Made by a program: the position numbers and the translations under genes. The notes under the pieces were generated by a model that was not told where the DNA came from, ran no database searches, and saw nothing but the letters and a program-made list of their open reading frames with translations. From contig JBDGTY010000056.1 of assembly GCA_042216335.1 (NCBI GenBank), forward strand, positions 1-43,854: DNA of 43,854 bases. The letters run 5' to 3'. Of this stretch, positions 36,158-43,854 are shown in pieces. Position 1 is the stretch's first letter; each line of letters opens with the position of its first letter. The stretch comes from Candidatus Nanohalobium sp. GTDB lineage: Archaea > Nanohalarchaeota > Nanosalinia > Nanosalinales > Nanosalinaceae.

Positions 36158-37909
36158 ATGACAGACCAGTTGCCGGAAAACTTTATCGAAGTCTCGTTCG
36201 AGGTCGCAAACAAGGTCGGGGGAATTCACCAGGTACTCAAATCCAAGGCCTCGACCATGACGGAGTACTACGGCGACGACTACCTGACCATCGGCTTCTA
36301 CGACGAGGAATCAGCCAGGGAAGAGTTCTCTGAGCGCGAATGTCCGTGTCCCACGATCTTCAGCAGCCTGGAGGATGAAGGCATCGAATGCCACTACGGA
36401 GTCTGGAACATAAACTCGAAGCCACGCTGCATACTGGTCGACATCTCCGACATGGAGAAGCCCGTCGATGACATCAAGGAGGAGATGTGGGAGAAGGAGA
36501 ACATAGACTCTATGGGTGCAGGAAACGACTTCGACGAACCGGTGAAGTGGAGCTACGCGGTCGGAAAACTTATAGACAGAATACTTGATCAGAGGAACGG
36601 TGACTCCGTTGTCCAGTTACATGAGTGGATGTCCTCCGCGGCGATGTTCAACTTTGATGCGCCGACAGTATTCACTACTCACGCCACGTTCCTGGGAAGG
36701 ACATTGTCTAACTCGGACTTTGACCTGCTTGAAGCAGTGCAGAACGGGGAAGTTGATGATTCTCTTGCCGAGGAGCACGGTGTGAAGGCGAAGCACCAGA
36801 TGGAGAAGACGGTGGCACATAACGCTGATGCCTTCACCACTGTCAGCAAGACCACGGGCAAGGAGGCGGAGGCAGTACTTGACAGGAAGCCAGATCAGAT
36901 ACTTCCGAACGGGTTCAACGTTGAAGAGTACCCGAGTCTGGAGGAGCTTTCATATAACCACAAGGAAAAGAAGCAGGAGATGAAGGAGTTCCTCAGAGCC
37001 TACTTCGAACCATACTACGATGTAGATCTTGAAAACGATCCACGGATACTATTCATCTCAGGCCGTTACGAGTTCCACAACAAGGGCGTGGATGTACTGA
37101 TCGATGCGCTAGGCGAGGTTAACAAGAGGAAGGGCGACGAGTTCTTCGTGTTCTTCTTCGTGCCCAGCGACGTCAAAGGCCCTAAGTCCGAGGTATTGGA
37201 CAACATGTCGCTCTACGAGGAGCTTGAGGACTACGTTGAGGGCACGCTCTCCGATTACAGGAGCACAGTGACCTCATCCATAGCCGGTGACGAGGATCCG
37301 GTGGAGAACATTCGCCCGCTCCTCGAATCAACTACGCTGGAAACACTGAGGAGGAACTTCCACGAGAAAAACGGCAACCCGCCGCTCTGCGCCTTCGACC
37401 TCAACTACGAACACGACGAGATAATCGAAAGACTCCAGGAACAGGGCATAACAAACAGCGAGGACGACAGGGTGAAGGTCGTCTTCTACCCCACATACCT
37501 CTCGGTTGGCGACAAACTTCTCTCCATGAGCTACAACGACGCAATAGTCGCATCCTCCGCAGGAATATTCCCGAGCTACTACGAGCCATGGGGATACACG
37601 CCGGTGGAGACAGCCGCCAACGGAGCGCTCTCAGTAACTACCGATCTGGCAGGGTTCGGCCGGTTCCTGGACGAAAACACTGAGGAATCGGAGAGAAAAG
37701 GCATACAGGTACTGAGAAGAGAGAACAGGTCTGATGAGGAGGCATCCTACGAACTCGCGGATATGATTGACGATATAATCGGATACAGCAGGACAGAGAT
37801 AACAGAGAGGAAGCATAATGCCAGGAAGCTGGCACAGAAGACTTCCTGGTCCAAACTGGGAGAGAACTACAGGAAAGCACACAGGAAGGCAGTAGAAAAC
37901 TACAGCTAA
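36158..37909 (+). CDS. Glycogen synthase, GT3 family
   Basis: EVSFEVANKVGGIHQV, HEWM, FTTHATFLGR, GRYEFHNKG, FPSYYEPWGYTPVE. Confidence 0.93.
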   Translation: MTDQLPENFIEVSFEVANKVGGIHQVLKSKASTMTEYYGDDYLTIGFYDEESAREEFSERECPCPTIFSSLEDEGIECHYGVWNINSKPRCILVDISDMEKPVDDIKEEMWEKENIDSMGAGNDFDEPVKWSYAVGKLIDRILDQRNGDSVVQLHEWMSSAAMFNFDAPTVFTTHATFLGRTLSNSDFDLLEAVQNGEVDDSLAEEHGVKAKHQMEKTVAHNADAFTTVSKTTGKEAEAVLDRKPDQILPNGFNVEEYPSLEELSYNHKEKKQEMKEFLRAYFEPYYDVDLENDPRILFISGRYEFHNKGVDVLIDALGEVNKRKGDEFFVFFFVPSDVKGPKSEVLDNMSLYEELEDYVEGTLSDYRSTVTSSIAGDEDPVENIRPLLESTTLETLRRNFHEKNGNPPLCAFDLNYEHDEIIERLQEQGITNSEDDRVKVVFYPTYLSVGDKLLSMSYNDAIVASSAGIFPSYYEPWGYTPVETAANGALSVTTDLAGFGRFLDENTEESERKGIQVLRRENRSDEEASYELADMIDDIIGYSRTEITERKHNARKLAQKTSWSKLGENYRKAHRKAVENYS

Positions 37910-37923
37910 AGTGAACAGCATAC

Positions 37924-39051
37924 ATGACTCTAGATATCAACTATCACGGCGTCAAGCCAGAGGAAGAAATCGAAGAAGAACTGCCTGATTTCACAGAGGT
38001 AGATCCAGATTTTTCTCTAGAGGAGATCGATGAAGATTTCGAGAACCTGGTCGTCATCGGCAACGGAGGATCAATCACCAGCCTCAGGGCACTTTACTAC
38101 ACTTTCATGGAGGAGGCCGAAAAGCACCTTGACATCGTCTCGACCATGGACCCTGACAGGCTGGAACAGGTGCTATCCCACACGGATACGGAAGATACTC
38201 TTGTGATGCCTATCAGCAAGTCCGGCAGCACGATCGGAGTGCTGGAGGTCCTTATGTTCTTCGTCAACAGAGGCTACGACTTCACACCCCTGACGACACC
38301 GGGCTCGCCGCTCCACGAAATCGCGAAAAGATACGACAGAAAAATAATCGAACACCAGGAAGTCGGAGGAAGGTTCTCCGGGTTGACGAATACTGCGCTG
38401 GCTCCGGCAGAACTCATCGGCCTCGACACCGGCGAGATCAGGAAAGGTGGAGAAGAAGGCTATCAGGAGCTAAGGGAAGATGCTGTCGAGACTGCATCAG
38501 TCCTCTATCAGGCCGAAAAAGACGGTTATCAGGAAGTGCTGACTCCTTTCTACTCCTCACGGATGTTCGGATACTATCCGCTTCTCGTCCAATTGATGCA
38601 TGAGACAGTATGCAAGGAGGGAGAGGGTCAGACGTTCTACGGCGACCACGCACCCGAGTACCAGCACCACACCAACCAGAGGCTATTCGGCGGAAGGAAA
38701 GATCTCATACCGTTCTTCTTCAGGACCGAGCATAGAGAAACAAGCATCGAAGTCCCGGATGAGATATCGGAAATCGAGGTCAAGGGGAGGAACTTCGGCG
38801 AACTTGACGGAGAAAGCCTGGTGGACGCACTTAACGCAGAGTTCTCAGGTGTCAGGGAGGCACTGAGGGATGAAGACATGCCTTACATCGACCTGAAGCT
38901 GGAGGATTCCGGCTATCGAGGCTTCGGAAAATTGATGGCCTTCATGCAGCTACTTGCGTACTACTCGGCAGAGATCCGCGGTGTCGATCCGCTGACGCAG
39001 CCTGACGTGGAGAAAAGCAAGAAGATGGGTCTGGAGGCAAGATTCAGATGA
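37924..39051 (+). CDS. pgi: Glucose-6-phosphate isomerase (short SIS-fold type)
   Basis: VIGNGGS, ISKSGST, VGGRFSGL, QLMHE..K, QH, DPLTQPDVEKSK. Confidence 0.85.
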   Translation: MTLDINYHGVKPEEEIEEELPDFTEVDPDFSLEEIDEDFENLVVIGNGGSITSLRALYYTFMEEAEKHLDIVSTMDPDRLEQVLSHTDTEDTLVMPISKSGSTIGVLEVLMFFVNRGYDFTPLTTPGSPLHEIAKRYDRKIIEHQEVGGRFSGLTNTALAPAELIGLDTGEIRKGGEEGYQELREDAVETASVLYQAEKDGYQEVLTPFYSSRMFGYYPLLVQLMHETVCKEGEGQTFYGDHAPEYQHHTNQRLFGGRKDLIPFFFRTEHRETSIEVPDEISEIEVKGRNFGELDGESLVDALNAEFSGVREALRDEDMPYIDLKLEDSGYRGFGKLMAFMQLLAYYSAEIRGVDPLTQPDVEKSKKMGLEARFR

Positions 39052-39653
39052 GGATAGCATATCTCGTCAAGAACTTCGCGGATGGAGACGACCTCTCCGA
39101 GTACGTGAAGTCTCTTGCGGAGTATGCAGCGGATCAGGGACACGATCCGTTTGTCGTTTCGTTTGATGATGGTTCTCATTACACTGTTTCGGATGATGTT
39201 GAGGTTCACAGGTTTCAGCTTCATTTCGACGGCGATTCGCTGTACACCTGGGCCATGATTATGAACAACGAGATGAAGGGGCAGGTTATGAAGCAGCTGG
39301 AGAGCGAGGAGATAGATGTTATACACGCAAATGACTGGACGACTGCTCCTGGCGGAGTAACTCTCTCCAAGCACCTTGAGAAGCCGCTCTTCATGACATT
39401 TCACTCCACGGAAAATATGAGAGGCTTCCAGGGAGAGCATTCAGGCCTTATCTCGGAAATGGAGTGGCAGGGAAGCTTCGAGGCGGACATGGTGTTCGCC
39501 AACAATGATGATGTAAAGAATTCGCTGATATTCGACCTTGATATGCCTGATGAGAAGATCTGTGTGGCTGATCCTCTCCACACCGGATGGCAGGAAAAAG
39601 TTTTAAACTGTTATCGTGAAATCACCGATAAAGAGATAGAGGTGGAAGTTTGA
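39048..39653 (+). CDS. Stand-alone GT4 N-terminal domain protein
   Basis: DVIHANDW, FMTFHSTE, ISEMEW; ends after 201 aa without the C-terminal nucleotide-sugar domain. Confidence 0.8.
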   Translation: MRIAYLVKNFADGDDLSEYVKSLAEYAADQGHDPFVVSFDDGSHYTVSDDVEVHRFQLHFDGDSLYTWAMIMNNEMKGQVMKQLESEEIDVIHANDWTTAPGGVTLSKHLEKPLFMTFHSTENMRGFQGEHSGLISEMEWQGSFEADMVFANNDDVKNSLIFDLDMPDEKICVADPLHTGWQEKVLNCYREITDKEIEVEV

Positions 39654-40792
39654 ATCCGTTGTTCTTCACATGGGAGTACCCGCCCTACAAAGCAGGAGGA
39701 ATCGCCGCACACTGCGAAGACCTCGCCACGACGCTCGCGGACCAGGGCCATGAGCCTGTCGTCATAACGTATGGTGAGGAGGAAGAGGTTGAGTACCGTG
39801 ACGGAGTGGAAATCCACAGGGTGCCTTCCACGGACTCAGCAAACAATACTCTTTCCTGGGCGATGCACCTCGGCCACCAGATGGAGAAGAAGGCGATCGA
39901 ACTCAGCAAGACGCATGAATTCGACCTGGTGCATGCCCACGACTGGATGGCCGTCCCCGGAGCCACTGGAGTAAAGAAGACGCTCGGGCTCCCGATGGTC
40001 TTCACCGTCCACAGCACACAGAAAGGCCGGGATGGCATCGACTCCGAGTACCAGGAAACGATCCACAACCTGGAGTGGTACGGAACCTACGAGGCAGAGG
40101 AAGTCATCACGGTCGGCAGAGAGTTCTCGGAAGAGGTAAAACATAACTACAACGTGCCGGAGGATAAAGTGAACTACATCCCGAACGGTGTCGACCTGGA
40201 AAAATTCGACAACCATACGAACCAGCTGAACTACAACGATTACGCACTGGACTGGGAACAAATCGTACTGTTTGTCGGCAGGATGTACCCGCAGAAAGGC
40301 CCAGGCCATTTGATCGAAGCGATGCCTGAGATAATCGAGGAAAAACCTGAGGCCAAGTTCGTGATGTGCGGCTCGGGAGCGACTGAACACTACAAAGGCA
40401 TCGCGAAGGAAGTCGCCGGCGACAAAGTACACTTCCCCGGATATGTATCCGACCAGGAACTCCTCTCACTCATGAAATCGGCGGAGATGACCGTCGCACC
40501 TTCTGTCTACGAACCGTTCGGCATCGTCCCGCTGGAAGCCGCAGCGTGCCAGACAGCGACCGTCGGCAGCTACACAGGAGGGATGAAGGATACCATCGTC
40601 CACGAATACACAGGCCTCCATACCTATCCGGGCGACCATAACAGCATCAAGAACCAGGTGACAAGAGCGCTGGAAGATCCAGGATGGACAGACTGGATGG
40701 GGGACAAGGCACGGGAAAGAGTGGAGGACAACTTCCGCTGGGAACAGATCACAGCCTGGACAACAGGAATATACCAGAACGCTTTAGAGTGA
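39650..40792 (+). CDS. Glycosyltransferase family 4
   Basis: WEYPPYKAGG, HAHDW, FVGRMYPQKG, PSVYEPFGIVPLEA; TTG start overlapping the upstream stop. Confidence 0.93.
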   Translation: MNPLFFTWEYPPYKAGGIAAHCEDLATTLADQGHEPVVITYGEEEEVEYRDGVEIHRVPSTDSANNTLSWAMHLGHQMEKKAIELSKTHEFDLVHAHDWMAVPGATGVKKTLGLPMVFTVHSTQKGRDGIDSEYQETIHNLEWYGTYEAEEVITVGREFSEEVKHNYNVPEDKVNYIPNGVDLEKFDNHTNQLNYNDYALDWEQIVLFVGRMYPQKGPGHLIEAMPEIIEEKPEAKFVMCGSGATEHYKGIAKEVAGDKVHFPGYVSDQELLSLMKSAEMTVAPSVYEPFGIVPLEAAACQTATVGSYTGGMKDTIVHEYTGLHTYPGDHNSIKNQVTRALEDPGWTDWMGDKARERVEDNFRWEQITAWTTGIYQNALE

Positions 40793-41482
40793 ATTCAGCC
40801 AGTTAAACATGCCTTCGAGCAGTTTTTTCTTCCCTTCCTCGGAGAAAGAATGTTTCTCTCCTTCAAATTTCTGCACCATGACATCTGTGTCGATCTCCTG
40901 CGCGGCCTCAAAACTGTTTTCCGGGTGTACTGTGGTGTCTGCGGCGCCGTGGAAGATGGCAACCGGACATTTGATCTTACTGGCTGTCTCCGGGAAGTCG
41001 TATTTTTCCATGTCCTGGTAGAACCTCTCGTCAATCGGCTTTCCCGGGATGTACTCGAACTCGCCCTTTTCCTCGATAACCTCCCTGAACTTGCTCATTA
41101 TATCGTTGTACGTGACAGGAGCCTTTCCGACGACTGCCTCAGGTTTTAACTCAGGTGCGGCGTGGAAAACGACCTTGCCTCCAAAACTTGTGCCAAAAAG
41201 ATAGACCTCCTCCGGATCAAAGTACTTGACCGCGGCCTTCAGATCCTCGATCCTGGAACTCAGGTCCTGTTCGATGAAGTCGCCGTCCGACTCACCGTTA
41301 CCCCTGAAGTCCAGAGTCACAGCGTTGAAACCGTTCCTTACAGCAGGTTCGATGTAATCCTGCTGCCGTTCTTTGTTTCCGCCGAATCCGTGGCAGATGA
41401 ACAGACACTTTTCTGAGTCAGCCTCTTCATAGGTTGCTGCTACTTTCTCTCCGTCCTCAACTTCGATAAAGTGGTCGGTCAT
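40784..41482 (-). CDS. Alpha/beta hydrolase
   Basis: HGFGG, DFRGNGESDG, GTSFGG nucleophile, HGAAD, EKHSF; ATG at 41482 coupled to the upstream stop. Confidence 0.92.
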   Translation of the reverse strand: MTDHFIEVEDGEKVAATYEEADSEKCLFICHGFGGNKERQQDYIEPAVRNGFNAVTLDFRGNGESDGDFIEQDLSSRIEDLKAAVKYFDPEEVYLFGTSFGGKVVFHAAPELKPEAVVGKAPVTYNDIMSKFREVIEEKGEFEYIPGKPIDERFYQDMEKYDFPETASKIKCPVAIFHGAADTTVHPENSFEAAQEIDTDVMVQKFEGEKHSFSEEGKKKLLEGMFNWLNSL

Positions 41483-42414
41483 TCTCGCCACATCTGTTCA
41501 AGTTGTGCCATTCTTTGTTCAAACATCTTGTTATACTTTGGCTCTTCTCTCTGTTCTTTCTTCTTCGCGGCCCATATCATTGAGTTGAATCCGTGGAACT
41601 TCTCTATTAGTTCGGCGCTTTCCCTCCAGTCCTCCGGTAGTTCGTATCTTTTCTCGTATTCCTCCAGAAGTGCATCCTGTTTTTCTTCTGAAATCTTACC
41701 TGAAGTAAAGAACTCTATAAGTTCTATGTATGGAACTCCTACGCCGGCAAGCTCCCAATCTACTATATAGACCTCATCCTTTTCCTGGCGTACATTATTC
41801 ATTATGTCGCCGTTCACGAATGTCCAAGTAACTTCTACATCTATCTCGGCAGCTTCTTTGATCAGTTCTTTTTGTTTCTCGTAAAACTCTTCAACTCTCT
41901 GATCGACGTCTTCTGCCATTTTTCGGTAGTCTTCGTACGGCTTCTTGGAGTATTTCTCAAAATCAAGTTCTAGCTCTTTCTCCAGAGTTACTGAGGAAGG
42001 ATGTTCCGTCCCGAAAAACTGATTGTACTCCTCTACTGAGATAGAGTGAAACTGGGCGATCATTTCTGCCAGATTCTCCACCTGCTCCGGCGTCGCCTCC
42101 TCTATATCTAGATCCTCTTTTCCTACACTGCTCTCTACTATGACGGCCTGACCAAGTGAAGTGTCTTCCTCATAATGGACTAACCGAGGCACATTATCTA
42201 TGTTCTGCTGTTCAAGAAACCTCAGAACATCTCTTTCATGAGCTATCCTGTCCTCCGAATCCTCCTTAGAAGTTCTAACAATAAGTTCCCTATCTCCATC
42301 ATATGCTCGAAATGTCTCATTGGATTCTCCAGGGGCCAGTCTATCCAGAGAAAAATTAGATAGACTTAGTTCATCCTGATTCTCTTCCAGCCATCTTCTA
42401 ATTTCCTTCTTCAT
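41479..42414 (-). CDS. Aminoglycoside phosphotransferase/choline kinase-like protein
   Basis: GESNETF, HERDVL, NGDIMNNV, IVDWELAGVG. Confidence 0.85.
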   Translation of the reverse strand: MKKEIRRWLEENQDELSLSNFSLDRLAPGESNETFRAYDGDRELIVRTSKEDSEDRIAHERDVLRFLEQQNIDNVPRLVHYEEDTSLGQAVIVESSVGKEDLDIEEATPEQVENLAEMIAQFHSISVEEYNQFFGTEHPSSVTLEKELELDFEKYSKKPYEDYRKMAEDVDQRVEEFYEKQKELIKEAAEIDVEVTWTFVNGDIMNNVRQEKDEVYIVDWELAGVGVPYIELIEFFTSGKISEEKQDALLEEYEKRYELPEDWRESAELIEKFHGFNSMIWAAKKKEQREEPKYNKMFEQRMAQLEQMWRE

Positions 42415-42441
42415 TTTTCCTGGCTTAACTCGGTATAAAGT

Positions 42442-43320
42442 TCAGGGGTTGTAGTTGTAGAGATGTTTTTCATAGTGGTCTTTGGTTCTGATTGTCTCTC
42501 CGTCAAGTTCTGCTATTGTGCTTTTCCAGTTACCTTCTCGGATTTCTAGATGGTCGTAGTCGAAGTTGTCAAAGCTAAATAGCTTGTACCATCGACCATG
42601 GAGCTTGTCTACATCGGTTTCGTTATCTCCGTAGTCCATGTAACCGATTTCTAGGGCGCGAATCCCTGAGTTCTCGAAGTTTGTAGTATTCCAGAAAGGG
42701 AACATCTTCTGGTAGACTGGTGGAGTTGAGCCGTCAACTTCAGCTTCTTTCAAAACTATGATACTGGGCTCCCCTTCTTCATCGATAACATCGTCTAAAT
42801 ACTCTAGTTCTTCATCTGTTAAATCTTCCCTTAGGTCCTCTATTTCTCCCTTTTCTTGCGCTAACTGGCGTGTGAGCCGAGCATTGTACTCTCCTTCTGA
42901 GTGGTCAACCTCGAATAGGGCCATCGAATCGTTGGTTTTCATAGGGCTAAAGTCTAGTTCTACCACCCTATACTCCTCTTGGAGATCACTCATTTCTCTC
43001 TGTAGGTTTAACTGGATGCCAGCAGGTCCTCTGTCCTGTATACTTAGTGATTCAGAGTACTTTTCTCCATTTATGTCGCCGGAAAAGTTTTTCTCAACTC
43101 CATCAAATTCGTCTAGTAACACCCATTCGTTGTATGGAGGAATTCCGAAAACTTCTATCCATCCGAGAAACGCGTCGTATCTAGGTAAGTCGAACTTGGT
43201 CTCTTTTTCACCGGTACTGTTCACGCTATACTGCAAGACTTTTACTCGAGGCTGTGAATCTGCTAGATCGAGCGTCAATTTTCCCAGCTTATTCCCGTCT
43301 GCTTCAGGTATCTCCGGCAT
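42442..43320 (-). CDS. Hypothetical acidic protein (292 aa)
   Basis: Long ORF; no recognisable motif. Confidence 0.7.
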   Translation of the reverse strand: MPEIPEADGNKLGKLTLDLADSQPRVKVLQYSVNSTGEKETKFDLPRYDAFLGWIEVFGIPPYNEWVLLDEFDGVEKNFSGDINGEKYSESLSIQDRGPAGIQLNLQREMSDLQEEYRVVELDFSPMKTNDSMALFEVDHSEGEYNARLTRQLAQEKGEIEDLREDLTDEELEYLDDVIDEEGEPSIIVLKEAEVDGSTPPVYQKMFPFWNTTNFENSGIRALEIGYMDYGDNETDVDKLHGRWYKLFSFDNFDYDHLEIREGNWKSTIAELDGETIRTKDHYEKHLYNYNP

Positions 43321-43391
43321 AATACTGTTCTTGAATTCCTATTTTCTTAATATCTTCTCTATTTTTCATTCTTGCCGAACAACTATGTAAC

Positions 43392-43780
43392 ATGATAGCT
43401 GCAGAAAGTGACGATTTCGGCTATGATGATTGGCATTTTGGGCTGAAGAAAGACCGAGCTACATAGAGTTCTTTGACCGGAAACTGCCCCAGATGAAGTT
43501 CCTGGAGCGTGAAGGCTATCTAGACTTCCCAGGAAACTTGGATATAAACTCTTCGGCAGATATTGAAGCCATCCTTGATGGAGAATACCGTTGGGAGGAT
43601 AAGCAAGAGAATAAAGACGAAGCAATTTTCGTGGTCTACGATTTAGGAATAGAGCTGAACTATGCTGAAGAGGAATTTTTGGAAGATGCTCCTACATATG
43701 GAGAGCTAAGGCTCTATGACAATATCAGGAGAATGAATGCTGGAAAAGTTGATGATAGTATAGTCGGCAAATTCCGATAG
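43392..43780 (+). CDS. Hypothetical protein, possibly frameshifted near its 5' end
   Basis: Acidic ORF from TTG 43430; the upstream ATG 43392 frame (MIAAESDDFGYDD) would join it with one extra T. Confidence 0.5.
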
Positions 43781-43783
43781 AAT

Positions 43784-43852
43784 CTACGTCCTCATCCTCT
43801 TCTCCACCTGTTTCTGGAAGTCCATCAAGTGTTCCGTGATGACTGCGAACCC
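43784..43852 (-). CDS. C-terminal end of a gene entering from beyond the window
   Basis: Frame GFAVITEHLMDFQKQVEKRMRT* ending convergently near 43780. Confidence 0.4.
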   Translation of the reverse strand, partial: GFAVITEHLMDFQKQVEKRMRT

Positions 43853-43854
43853 GT

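Noticed and set aside
1-43854. CRISPR array, rRNA, tRNA, integrase or provirus genes
   Set aside because: No regularly spaced repeats, cloverleaf or recognisable viral/integrase motifs seen by eye; tRNAscan-SE and a CRISPR finder would confirm

Overview
Chromosomal segment of a halophilic archaeon, most consistent with Nanohaloarchaeota (DPANN). This is an inference from the very acidic proteome at moderate GC, the compact gene packing, the archaeal ftsZ-secE-spt5-rpl11-rpl1-rpl10 synteny and the glycogen/ADP-dependent glycolysis cluster. Housekeeping content: serS (partial), tyrS, alaS, leuS, YbaK, rtcA, Hsp20, SlyD, two MinD paralogs, and a ~10 kb sugar/glycogen cluster (HIT, PGM, ADP-dependent kinase, TPI, debranching enzyme, GT3 glycogen synthase, PGI, two GT4 genes). 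Four accessory items stand out. (1) A ~430 bp protein-free IS200/IS605-type mini-element interrupts a GNAT gene. Its interior folds into a large structured RNA with a TnpB omega-RNA-like 3' end and a pseudoknot. (2) An AT-rich, Lys-rich ComF-like PRTase + DprA operon is reminiscent of ShosTA/DprA-PRTase defence. (3) A three-gene insertion splits rpl10 from rpl12 and encodes a degenerate LAGLIDADG-like protein and two non-acidic Cys-rich secreted/pilin-like proteins. (4) There are two toxin-antitoxin pairs, one in an unusual convergent layout, and several probable pseudogenes. No tRNA, rRNA or CRISPR array was seen. All calls come from motif recognition by eye; no database searches were run.
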